DNA of 63,323 nucleotides, counting the filler, from Olpidium bornovanus S191 (Eukaryota; Fungi; Olpidiomycota): NCBI GenBank assembly GCA_017911155.1. It is 30 parts of 30 records of this genome, joined end to end, with 100 filler letters (N's around TTAATTAATTAA, not from the genome) between each part and the next. Parts side by side here need not be neighbours in the genome. Positions count along the whole stretch, not along the records: positions 12,433 to 14,253 come from JAEFCI010004842.1; positions 14,354 to 18,049 come from JAEFCI010003520.1; positions 18,150 to 19,707 come from JAEFCI010009796.1; positions 19,808 to 23,750 come from JAEFCI010008323.1; 26 more parts are not named here. The stretch is one strand, 5' to 3'. Below the pieces are notes generated by a model. That model did no database searches. It was not told where the DNA came from and saw only the letters and a program-made list of their open reading frames with translations. Positions 12,602 through 22,952 of this stretch are shown piece after piece. The position numbers and the translations under genes were made by a program. The first letter of the stretch is position 1; each line of letters opens with the position of its first letter.

Positions 12602-13417
12602 CTATTTACTTATACGCTTGGAGTGACGCAGCCAGCCGCCCTGTTGTTCCATAAGCCCGGCTATTTGTGTTTGAATGTCCGTCCCCAGGCGGCTTCGTTT
12701 TCTGCGTTTTTCGTTTGTCGCTGCCTTGGCGAGAGCGGTTTCCGCAGCCCGCGCGGCCTCTGCCGCGGTTCCGCCCGTGGACGCACCCCCTGAAGTCATT
12801 TCCTCGAACGCGGCGACGGCGGCGAGGGCGACCGCGGTCTCGGCCTCTTCGACATCGTTCTCTGTTATTGCAGCGAGGGCGACCGCAGTCTCGGCCTCTT
12901 CGACATCGTTCTCTGTTATTGCAGCGAGGGCGACCGCGGTCTCGGCCTCTTCGAAATCGTTCTCTGTTATTGCGGCGAGGGCGACCGCCGTCTCGTGTTC
13001 GACATCGTTCTCTGTTACAGGAGCCGGGTGCTGATGTTCGCCGCCTACCGGCGTCTGCGTCGCGTGTGCGGGGGAGTCGGCGGCAAACTTCCCTTTTCGG
13101 GCAGAGTATATGCGCGAGTCGCGCGTTGAACGGACGAACCCGTGTTCAGCATTGTCCAACCCGTCGTCATCGGCGAAGGGGACGTCCCAGTCCCGCGGCG
13201 GCGGTCCAATGAAGGCATCGACGGCGATTGGCGCGGCTGGGGCCTCCTCCCTTGCGGCCATCATCAGGTCCGCGAGCGTCCCGGATGGGCCAACCGATAC
13301 AGTTACCTCGTCCGTGTCGATCTCCGTCAGAGTGGCGCTACCTCTCATCGGAAGGATCATCTTGAAAATCATGAAGCGTGAGCTCTCATCTTTACGCGCG
13401 TATACATTGGGAACCAC
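12602..13417 (-). CDS. Orphan acidic protein with a 17-aa tandem repeat; start uncertain
   Basis: 271-codon ORF whose internal repeat (51 bp, ITENDVEEAETAVALAA) preserves frame. No family recognised. Confidence 0.45.
   Translation of the reverse strand: MVPNVYARKDESSRFMIFKMILPMRGSATLTEIDTDEVTVSVGPSGTLADLMMAAREEAPAAPIAVDAFIGPPPRDWDVPFADDDGLDNAEHGFVRSTRDSRIYSARKGKFAADSPAHATQTPVGGEHQHPAPVTENDVEHETAVALAAITENDFEEAETAVALAAITENDVEEAETAVALAAITENDVEEAETAVALAAVAAFEEMTSGGASTGGTAAEAARAAETALAKAATNEKRRKRSRLGTDIQTQIAGLMEQQGGWLRHSKRISK
12820..13020 (-). repeat. 51-bp coding minisatellite, about 4 copies
   Basis: GCGAGGGCGACCGC recurs at 12822, 12873, 12924 and 12975; the outermost copy is one codon shorter. 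Confidence 0.95.
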
Positions 13418-13429
13418 CAGCCAATAACA

Positions 13430-13969
13430 TTACCTCGTTCGCTGCGTCTTCTGCGTCGTTCTGCTCGACGGGCGCCGGGAGTAAGCGGGCGGCCGGAACG
13501 AGACCCTGCGCACGTGATTAGCTTTCATTGACGGGTGTTTACGGCCGTATACACCAGGACAGGATACCTTGCGCTGCGAATCGATATGCGCCACAAGCCG
13601 GCCGCCGGGAGCATGCACTAGCATGGCGTATACCCTGTCGATCGTGTCGACTATTTTCGAAGTTCCCAGTATTGTTTGCGCTTTCGCGCACACTTCTGGG
13701 TGCGCGTCCAGGTGGCTGAGGAACGCGCCGCGCACGTCTTTGTCGAGGGTCCTCCAAAACTCAAATGACCCGATTGTCGGGCCTCCTTCCTTTGGGACGC
13801 GAACGAGCACGACTGCCCCGAACCCGCAGCGGAGACCGAGCTCCGTCAAAAAGCGTCCCACCGTTCGTGTATGTTCTGCCGCTCCCCGGCGCATTTCCCA
13901 TCTCACTGTTCCACACGTCCCTCCGAGTTCCGTGACAAAGCGCAGAAGAACATCACCTCTGCAAGGCAC
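13430..13969 (-). CDS. Orphan ORF, possibly an upstream exon of the 12602-13417 ORF; its 5' third is antisense to the copia fragment
   Basis: The segment GSFEFW...VYAMLVHAPGGRLVAHIDSQRK looks like a globular protein; a potential donor AAG|GTATCC follows SQRK. Confidence 0.3.
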   Translation of the reverse strand: MPCRGDVLLRFVTELGGTCGTVRWEMRRGAAEHTRTVGRFLTELGLRCGFGAVVLVRVPKEGGPTIGSFEFWRTLDKDVRGAFLSHLDAHPEVCAKAQTILGTSKIVDTIDRVYAMLVHAPGGRLVAHIDSQRKVSCPGVYGRKHPSMKANHVRRVSFRPPAYSRRPSSRTTQKTQRTR

Positions 13970-14253
13970 AATCCCACCGAGACCACACCTGATTCCACTC
14001 CAGGATCAGCGCCTGGCTCGCACGGAACCCGCGCACTTTGTGCACGAACGACGCCATCGCCGGGCACACATCCACCGTCCCTCCCGTCGCAGATCATCAT
14101 GGACTCTGGTGCGACAGAACATATGTTCCCGCCGTTGGATAATTTTGCTCAGATCGACGAACCTACCGTCAGGACCAATATTCAGGTTGCCAACGGTGAG
14201 GTGATCTCATCTACTACATCTGGCCCTGTCCTTCTCAATCAGCGTGATCCAGC
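13800..14253 (+). mobile_element. Ty1/copia gag-protease fragment
   Basis: In one frame: zinc knuckle CMFCRSPAHFPSHC (C-x2-C-x4-H-x4-C) followed by copia protease IIMDSGATEHM...IQVANGE...G; cut by contig end. Confidence 0.78.
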
Positions 14254-14561
14254 NNNNNNNNNNNNNNNNNNNNNNNNNNNNNNNNNNNNNNNNNNNNTTA
14301 ATTAATTAANNNNNNNNNNNNNNNNNNNNNNNNNNNNNNNNNNNNNNNNNNNNCATGCGCATAAAAAAAAAGCAACAGACTCCCCGTCGTTTCCCGCTAG
14401 ATTAACCGGGGATTCGGGGGGAGAGGGGGGGGGTTGGGAAACGGAGGCGGAGGCACGGCTCAGCCGTGTTTGCGCCGCTCGAGTCTACTCCGGGCGCGGG
14501 GGGCAGAAGGGGAGGGGGAAAATAATTGGCAGGGAAAGGGGCGGTGGGGAAGCAAAGGAAC

Positions 14562-15353
14562 TCAGAAGTTCGCGGCGAGGGCGGCGCCGGCCGCGACTAC
14601 CAAGGCGAGGGCGCTGGCGGAGACGCCCACCGCGGCGGCGGACACCAAGAGCTCGGCCTGGGCCTTGGGGAACGGCGCCTCGGTGGCGGCGGCGATGCCG
14701 TCGGCGAACTCCGGGCCGCACTTCTGGCGCATGACGTCCACGACCTTGGCCTCCTGACCGGCAGAGATGGGGAAGGCGGGGACCCGGTTGTCGGAGAGGT
14801 AGGCCATGAAGGTGCCGATAATGTGCTGGTTGCACTTGGTGCAGACCTCGGCGTCACGGGCCATGGAAAAGACATCCTCCGGGGACGGGAAGCCGGCGCA
14901 GACGTCGATGTTGAGGGAGAGGATGTTCTTGGCCAGGCAGAACTGGCGGTCCTCGTCGACGTAGCACGCGGCCTTTTGCAGCGGCGTGTACATGCGCAGC
15001 ACCGACGAGATCACCTTGGCGGGGCTCCGCAGCGCCGCGAGGTCCTCGGCGCACTCGGTGGCCACGGAGTCGGCGTACCCGTCGATGAAGCTCTGGTCGC
15101 ACGCCTGCGTCCGGCAGAGCCGGGCGAACATGGCGTTGAGCGACGCCGGGTCGCTGACCGTGGACGTGCCGAGGAAGGGCAGCACCGACGCCACGGGGAG
15201 GCACTCGTTCAGCCGATCGTCTCCGAGCATCGACGTGAACAGCGCCTTGCACCGCTCCGACACCTGGATGTCGACGCCCGCTGCCGACGAGACGGCGAAG
15301 GTGCCCGCGGCCAGCGCGGCGATCGTGACCTTGCCGCTGATGTTGCAGAACAT
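14562..15353 (-). CDS. Secreted Cys-rich, probably GPI-anchored surface protein (intronless, 263 aa)
   Basis: N-terminal signal-like stretch (VTIAALAAGTFAVSSAA), 11 Cys in the mature part including CTKC, hydrophobic C-terminal tail (AAAVGVSASALALVVAAGAALAANF), A-rich context before the ATG. Confidence 0.85.
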   Translation of the reverse strand: MFCNISGKVTIAALAAGTFAVSSAAGVDIQVSERCKALFTSMLGDDRLNECLPVASVLPFLGTSTVSDPASLNAMFARLCRTQACDQSFIDGYADSVATECAEDLAALRSPAKVISSVLRMYTPLQKAACYVDEDRQFCLAKNILSLNIDVCAGFPSPEDVFSMARDAEVCTKCNQHIIGTFMAYLSDNRVPAFPISAGQEAKVVDVMRQKCGPEFADGIAAATEAPFPKAQAELLVSAAAVGVSASALALVVAAGAALAANF

Positions 15354-15614
15354 GGTTTTTCGTTTTTCAAACGTTTAAGCGAAAAAAAAAAACGGTGCGG
15401 GGGTGGGGGTGGGGGTGGGGCCGGGGTGCGGCGAAAGATTGATTTGATAAGCCTGAAAAACAGGGAGGGCGGGGGCGGGATGGGAACGGGAACGGGGGTG
15501 CAGCGCGAGAGCGGGGGATTTTGGGGCCGGACGACTTTAAACCTGATTATTTTTCTGATTATTTCTTATTTTCGTTCTCTCTCGTCCGCCCGGCGGCTTG
15601 CGGGTGGGTGGGGT

Positions 15615-15652
<38 letters not shown>

Positions 15653-16840
15653 GGGGGGGGGGGGACGCGCTGGAGGGAGGGGCAGTTCGGAAATTTGAGG
15701 GCGTCCGGCCCCTGCGTGGCGCGCATTTCCGGAATTTTTCTGGTCTCCCCGCCGATCGGACTTTTTTTTCCGAAGACGCCGGCCGACCAACCCTCCCGGC
15801 CGGCGGGCTTTCCCTACCCCCGCTTCCCACCCACCTCCCCTCAACCACCCCCCCCCCCCCCCGGGCCCCCCCCGCCCCCCCCCCCCCTTCCCCCCCCCCC
15901 TGCCATCTTCCCTTCCGAACCACGGCGGAACCCAGGGAAACCAGAATAATAGAACCGGAAATCCCCCCTCACTCCCCCCACCCCCCCTGCCAGAGAAAAA
16001 CAAAAAAAAACCCACGCCTTGCGACAAACGGCGTTCTCAACTCCCCCCTCCCCTTCCCCTTCCCCTCCCCTCCCCGGGGGTCCTCTTTCGAAACCACCCC
16101 CCGGCCGCGTGCGACTTGTGGGCGTGGCGTGCGCGTGTCGCTGCGAGTGCCGCGCTCAGCGGAACGGAAAAAAAAAAAAAAATCCCCCGGTTGCTTTGCG
16201 AAGCAAAACCAAAAAAAAATCCCCCCCCTTGCTCTGCAAAGCAAAAAAAAAAAAAAAAAAATGCCTCGAAAAAAACCCCGAAAACGCGAAATTATGCCGT
16301 CGCGGTGGTGCGTCTTTGCCGACGTCTCCCTTCGCACACCGAGGGTACGCACAAACGCAGGTCTACACCCAACAAAAACGACGCGCCGCGACACAATCAG
16401 CCGGGTTAAAAAAAGCCGCCGCTTTCTCTCCCCATCCCAACCTACCACCCTCCACCTCTTTCCTCCTCCTTAAACCGCATCGGCCGCTGGTCAGGCAAGC
16501 CAATTCGGCGAACAAACCGCTCTGCGCCGCAAAATCTTCGGTTTTATGGGAACGAAAGGCGCCGCACCCGATGATTTTATATAATTTTTTGCGTCTATTG
16601 AGCGGGACGAGAGACGCTTCGTCCGGTAGCGAAGACTCCTGGCTTCTAGTGGGGAGACGGGGAAGAGGAGGGGGGGAGAGGGAGGGGGAAGAAAGAGAGT
16701 CCGCGGATCGAGCGGCGGAATCTGCCCTCGTCCGGCTCCGCCAGTGCTTCCACCGCAACAAGCGGGGCACAAAAAAAGCACACAAAAATTGGTTGGCGTC
16801 CACGTCCCTCCCGGCCCTCCCCCTCCCAGCCGCGTTCCGC

Positions 16841-17943
16841 TTAGTGACACCTGAGGGTCGCCGATGACGGCGAAACCTCCCTGTTGAAAAAGAAGAAGCC
16901 GATGCCGGCTCCCACGATCAGGGCGAACACGATGTATCCGTTGTACGTCTGAACGGCGGGGTTTCCGCGGGGACGCCGGAAAAGTTGGAATCAAACACCG
17001 CGGTCAGCGCCCGGCGTTCCTCCGCAATTCCCGCACAAGGCTGGAGAACCAAAAGAAAACGGCCGGTTCCTCTTCCTACTCCTCCTCCTCTCCCCCCCCA
17101 CCACCCGCTGTTGCCGCCGCCCCGGGCGCGGGGCAGTGGAACTACCAACCATTGCGACCAGCATCAGGAAGTACGAGACGAAGAGCTGCACGGAGTACAA
17201 GAGCGCCCTGATGGCTTGTTGGCCCAAGCTGACGCTTCGAAATAAGAGAACGCCGGGCGACGGAAAGGCGAACCGGGTCAGCGACGGGGCACGGTTTTGA
17301 CGCGTTCCGAGGGGGGAGCGGGGGTCTTCAAAAACAAACCCGTGCGGAGCGGGGCGTCTTCAAAAACCAACCCGTGCGGAGCGGGGGGGGGTCTTCGAAG
17401 GCCAACCCGGGCGGAGCGGGACACCGGCTCACCCCTTGCGTTTCACCGCGTCCTGGGAGCATTCGCTCTGCGCGGCGGCGACGGACTTGTCGTATTTGCG
17501 AACGTAGTGAGAAAACTTTTCGTAGAGCACGGCGATCACCAACACGCCCAGCATCGACAATATCAAGGTGAGCACGTTTGTGACTTTGATATTTTTTTTT
17601 CGTTTTGGTTTTTTCCCCGCATAAGGAGAAGGAAAAGGAGGACGGGGTGCCGGCGCAGCGGTGAGCGGGCGCGTTCGCAGGGGCAGAAGCCGGCGGGCGC
17701 GGTGGAGGGGGGGGGGGATGAGTTGGCACACGCGCACAAAAAAAGAGAGAGGGAGGGAGAGCGAAAAACAGGCGCGCGCGCGCGCACACACGCAGGCGCA
17801 CCTTCCCACCACCCGAACACGACGGTTGCTCTGGACGTGCTCCAGTTCCACACCATTTCCGTTGTGGCCTCGGCGACGGCTTCAGCCGGGGTGGTGGCGT
17901 TGCCCGCAACCGGCGCGGGCTTTGCTCCGTGGCAGCAACCCAT
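16841..17943 (-). CDS. CTR2: Ctr-family copper transporter (Ctr2-like)
   Basis: EMVWNWSTSRATVVFGWWE|...LILSMLGVLVIAVLYE...|...LLYSVQLFVSYFLMLVAM|TYNGYIVFALIVGAGIGFFFF...LRCH*. MxxxM motif and C-terminal CH are present. Ctr2 orthology is inferred. Confidence 0.9.
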
Positions 17944-18888
17944 GTGCTTGTAAACACGTGTCTGCACGGCGTTGCGGTATCTGTGTTGCGCTGTGCTTTC
18001 CTCGAACTCTTCGTGCACCAAATTCTCTGTCTCTGCCTTTCGTCTTTTCNNNNNNNNNNNNNNNNNNNNNNNNNNNNNNNNNNNNNNNNNNNNTTAATTA
18101 ATTAANNNNNNNNNNNNNNNNNNNNNNNNNNNNNNNNNNNNNNNNNNNNCCATGCGCTCCCAAATCCAGCTGCCGGAAGCGGTGGGGACGTTGCTGGTGG
18201 GGCCGCTAATGGGGGGGTAGAGCACACTGCCAAACGTGTCGCCGGTTCAGCGTGGTAGGCGCGAACAGTATCGGAGCGGCAGACGGACCGGCATCCGGCA
18301 TGACCCGAATCTAACTTACACCGGATTTTGGCCGCTCCGATATCCAAGCGACACGGTGACCATCGGGGGGGTGGGCACGCTCGGACTAAGGAGGTCAAAG
18401 AAGAAAACAAAGAAGAAAGGAGTTGAGCGAGTTCAGAAGTAGCACAGACTAAAAGGGAATAATCGAGCGCCTTCGGGAAGAAGGCGGACGCCCTGCGCCG
18501 CGCCCTGTTTACCTGTCGGGGCTGTTTCCCTCCCTGTTCTCCCAACGCACAGCCAGGCCCGCGTCGGTCTGGAGAAAGTCCCCGCTGTGGCGAGACGCGA
18601 AAACGCGGAGCGTTAAGAAGAGAAAAAAAGAAAGGGGTGAACGCCGCGTGGGGGGCGGAGGGAGGGAGAAAAGGGGTAAACGAACCACCTGAACTAGAAC
18701 AAACAATAAAGAAAGGCGGGGTGTCTTATGCCGACAACCCGGCCGTGTTTGTCGCGTCGAACAAGGTCCCAAGGGGTTTCAGAGAGCGTGCGGGGCGCGA
18801 GAGAGCGGTAACACGAGGGGGCGAGGGGGCCCTTTCCCCCTTCCGAGGAAGAGGGGGGGGAAGAGGGGAAGGGGAAGAGAAGGCTTAC

Positions 18889-18983
18889 CCGGCGGGCGAC
18901 GTCTGGAACGTGTAGGTCCCGGCGGAAGCAACGCCGCAGCCGGCGGCAAGGACGGCGACGAGAAACTTGGGCAGCGGGGCCAT
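18889..18983 (-). CDS. Putative first exon of a secreted protein
   Basis: CAAAAAAATGG context; MAPLPKFLVAVLAAGCGVASAGTYTFQTSPA is signal-peptide-like and ends at donor GTAAGC. Downstream exons were not resolved. Confidence 0.35.
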
Positions 18984-19134
18984 TTTTTTGTTTGTTTGTG
19001 TTCTTCTTCTTTCCGTTCCGGGTTTCTCTTCTCCTCGCAGGCCGGCGACGCGCCCGTCGACCGACCGGGGAGACGCCGGGAGCGCGGGGGGAAGGAGGAG
19101 GAACGCGGGGGGGGGGGGCCGGTTCGACGGCGAA

Positions 19135-19135
19135 A

Positions 19136-19180
<45 letters not shown>

Positions 19181-19621
19181 GAGACGAACAGACAGAGAGA
19201 GAGAGCAGAGAGAGAGAGAAGAGAAAGCGCGGGAATTTTTTCCGCCGGGTTTGCGGGGAGGGGCGGAGCGCGGCGGCGGGGCGGCCGGAGGAGGAAGGAG
19301 GAAGGAGGAGAAGGGAAAGGGGGGGGGGGGGGGGGGGAAAGGAAGAGAAGGCGGGAGAAAAAAAACGAAGACGGAAAAAAAAAAAAAAGAAAAAAGAAAA
19401 AAAAAAAGAAGAAAAAAAAAAAGAAGAAAAAAAAAGAAAGAAAAAAAAAATTTCCTTCTAGCACAGCGGCGGGCGCTTATCTTTCTTTTTTTTTCTTTTT
19501 TTTTTTTTTTTCTCCGCCCACGTTCTCACGCCGTGACGCACTCCGCGCCCGCCCTCTGCCCCGTTCGCACGCGCGCCCGTCCTAGAACAAAAAGGGGCGG
19601 ACGGGGGTGTCCCGATCCACG

Positions 19622-19686
<65 letters not shown>

Positions 19687-19707
19687 CCCCCCCCCCCCGC
19701 CCGCCCC
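19135..19707. repeat. Low-complexity block: (GA)n, poly-G, A-rich, T-rich, poly-C
   Basis: Read directly from the sequence; it ends in a long poly-C run at the contig end. Confidence 0.95.
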
Positions 19708-21536
19708 NNNNNNNNNNNNNNNNNNNNNNNNNNNNNNNNNNNNNNNNNNNNTTAATTAATTAANNNNNNNNNNNNNNNNNNNNNNNNNNNNNNNNNNNNN
19801 NNNNNNNCACCGCAACGCTCGTAACACTCCTTATGCGAATCCCATTATATTCCTTATGGGTATTATATGGCATACACGCAACATCTTGTACAGCTTACAC
19901 ATCTTATATGCCTTTTATGGCATGTAATGCCACTGGAACTAGGTCCACATGGCAGCAAGAGGAGGGCCGCAAGGCACGTGATCGCGGGCCCCAGGACAGC
20001 TGCTCGAACGGCAGAGGTAATGGACCCAGCGTCGGGATGGCAAAACGGGGGCCAGGGGTGGCGGGTGGCCTACCGGGGATTCGGTGGCAGACCATGGGCC
20101 CGGCGCGGACAGGGGTACCAGGCGGCAGGCCAGGTGATCCGATGCCGCAGACCAGAAGCCGCGGGCAAAGGACAAAACGTCCCAGAGGGTCATTTGCATC
20201 ATGCTCCGTCTTGCGGTAGTAGATTCGTTTTCGTCGAGGCCCAATAGCATCGGTTGAAGTGACCAGGAATATTGATTGCATTGCTAGCTGAAATGTGAGA
20301 GCGAACGCCTTTTGCTGCGTGCGCTGAGTGACACCTGATGCTCGGGTCGAAACAAATAGGCGCAGAGCATTACCGGAAGGAAAAAGAAACTTGTCGTCAA
20401 AATTAATGGTGTGTGGTTCCTTTAACAAAAAAAAAAAATTCGAATGGCTGGAAGAAGCACACAAAAGAAACATCAGGAAAAGAAGAAAAAAAAATTCGGG
20501 GCGACACAACTGCACCAAATCTGCAGGGATTTATTCTAGGCGGCTTGGATAACCGCGTTTTACCGGGCAATTCCAACACCACGAACGCAAGAAACAGTCC
20601 GCGCAACGCGTTGCAAGTGCCCACTCAAGTGGATGAACGCGCTGGGAGGTGCTCGGTGCCTAGTCTACCAACCACGGGTAATTAAATTTTTTTTATTTAC
20701 ACCTCTGCCTCCCCACACAATAATCTGTTGTTCCCCCTTTGCGGGACCAGTTCGCCTGCGGCACTTTTTGTCCGCAGTGGAGGCAAAACCAACCCGTATT
20801 TTACTAGGAAGTCTCTAGCCGCGGAACAAGCAATTTTTCCGCGGTATCGTATGTTACCCCGGTTGATCTCTCTCAAGCAGCGGCCGCCGGCGAAATGTTT
20901 GCTTTTCTGAGGCTCGGGCGCGCGGTGAAAACCGCCGTGGCGGATCGGGACCGCCCTTGCGCCACTCCGGGCGAGGAGTCCGGACACGATCGGGATTTTT
21001 TTTTTTTTTTTTTCTTTTCCCGCCCGGCCCCACCGCCACCCGGCTTTTTGATGTGCGTCTTGACGGGGAATATTCCGCTTATGGGAAGGAGGTGGAGTGG
21101 AGCCTGCGGGAGGCGTGGCAACAGCCGGGGCGGCGGCAAACGGATCCCCCATGACAACCCGCGGAGTTTTCCCTCTCCGAGGGGAGCAAAACCGACCTTC
21201 CCCCTCCCCGCCCGGCCCCGCCCCGCCCCGCCCCGCCCCGCCCCCGCCGGCCCCCGCCTCCGACCGCAGCGGAAACCGTCTTACTTCCACCGCAGATCGT
21301 CGAAAATTCGAAGCGTCTCGAGGCAGATTTGGACCGGACGTCCCGTGAGCTTCTCAGGTAAGCGGGGAACGGCGAAAAGAGCGGGCACGATCAGCGAAAT
21401 CCACCTCATCAAATCCTCTCTGCCCTCCTCCTTCTTCTCTTCCGGACAAGCAGCCCCCCCCCCAACCCCAACCCCACGTCTTTTCCACAGTAAATCAGAT
21501 AAGATCTTCCGAAAGGGAAACAACCCCGGCCCGACA

Positions 21537-22952
21537 ATGGCGGCGGTCGTAATCCCGAAGGCCCAGCAGGACCTCCTGACCAGGCGGCCCTCCCGCGTCG
21601 ACTCGCTGTTCGAGATCCCCAGGGCCGAAACCGCCACCGGCATAGCCAGGACGTTCGCCAAAATCGCGGCCCTCGTCGGGAAACACCGCACCACCGCATG
21701 CAGCGTCTCCTTCCAGGGGAACGACATTCTTTTTACCGCCGCCGCCGCCCCCGCCCCGGCCTCCGCGCCCGCCCACGCCCCCGCCCCCGCCCCCGCCCCC
21801 GCCCCGGCCCCGGCCTCCGGCCCAGCGGCCGACGACCACGGCCGCAAGAAAAGCATCGTGAGCCTGTTCCGCCGTAGGTCGTCGGTCCACGACCGCCAGC
21901 AGCACCAGCAGCACCAGCAGCAAGAGCGTCAAGATCACCAGCAGCACCTCACGCACATCGCCAGGTGCGACATCCGCACGACCAAGGTCGAGGTCGCGGG
22001 GCCCGTGAAGTCGTGGAAGCGGAACAGGAAGAATCCGCTCGTGAAACTCAGGATCATTGACGCCAAGGGCACCTGCCGCAAGATCTACGCCGCCAACGTC
22101 GGCGACGCCGGCGAGCTCGTCAGGGCCGTGGTCAAAGAACGCGAGAGGGCCCTGGCGGGCACGCCGGTCGACGGCCATCACTACGGAAGAGAGATCCTGG
22201 ATCTCCTGAGGGAGCGCGACGTCTCGAACAGGGTGTGCGCGGACTGCGGGGCCGCCAACCCCGAGTGGGTCTCCGTTCACAAAAGGGACAACCTGCTTTC
22301 GTTGATCTGCCTCGGTGAGTCGAGCTTCCGCGGACGTCGACCGGGGTGGGGTGAAGGGAAAGGGGGGGGTGGGGGCGTCGGCGGCGGCAAAGGGGAAGCC
22401 TGTTGCCAAACATTTCCCGCTTTTCTTTTTCTGACACTGGCAGAATGCGCGGGACACCACCGCGGGCTGGGAGTGGAAAACGTCTTCGTCCAGTCGCTTC
22501 TTCACGGTAAGCGGCACGGGCTGGGCCGCGGGGTTTATTTTACGGGGGCCCAACCAACTCCCGCTTTGGCGTGTGTTGTCAAGCAACGGGGGCCTGGGCG
22601 CGGACTTTGATCGCGGTCACCTCTTCCTCTCTCCCGCCCCCCTCCCCCTCCCGCAGACTCAAAGACCTGGGAGCCAGGATCTGCTCTCCGTGAGACGGCG
22701 CTCCGCGCCGCGGGAAATTTCGCCATCAACAAGGTCCGCACCGCCCGCGGCCTGGGCAAACGGCGGCTGTCGGTAGATTACGCCGCCGCGTCTGCCGCGA
22801 CGGGCCCGTCGCCCGTCCCGGAGGTGGACGGCAATTACATCAGGGAAAAGTACGCCCTCGGGATGGGCCGCAGTCGCACCAACGTCGCCGAGCCCAGGGC
22901 CAACCCCGACCACGACCGCAAGCGCCGCCGCACGGTGGACGTCGAACTGTGA
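21537..22952 (+). CDS. PH-like + ArfGAP domain protein (378 aa after splicing)
   Basis: Exons 21537-22314, 22444-22506 and 22657-22952 give NRVCADCGAANPEWVSV...LIC L|ECAGHHRGLG...VQSLLH|D..W...GN..IN...YIREKY; the ArfGAP Arg finger (HHR) is retained. Confidence 0.85.

Noticed and set aside
14526-15698. 390-aa plus-strand ORF
   Set aside because: It is the antisense shadow of the GC3-rich CDS at 14562-15353 and runs into G-rich low complexity.
15521-16867. Many long Pro/Gly/Lys/Phe-rich ORFs here and at 18694-19763, 37824-39131, 41726-42395 and 53415-54028
   Set aside because: They are translations of homopolymer and microsatellite tracts in intergenic or intronic DNA.
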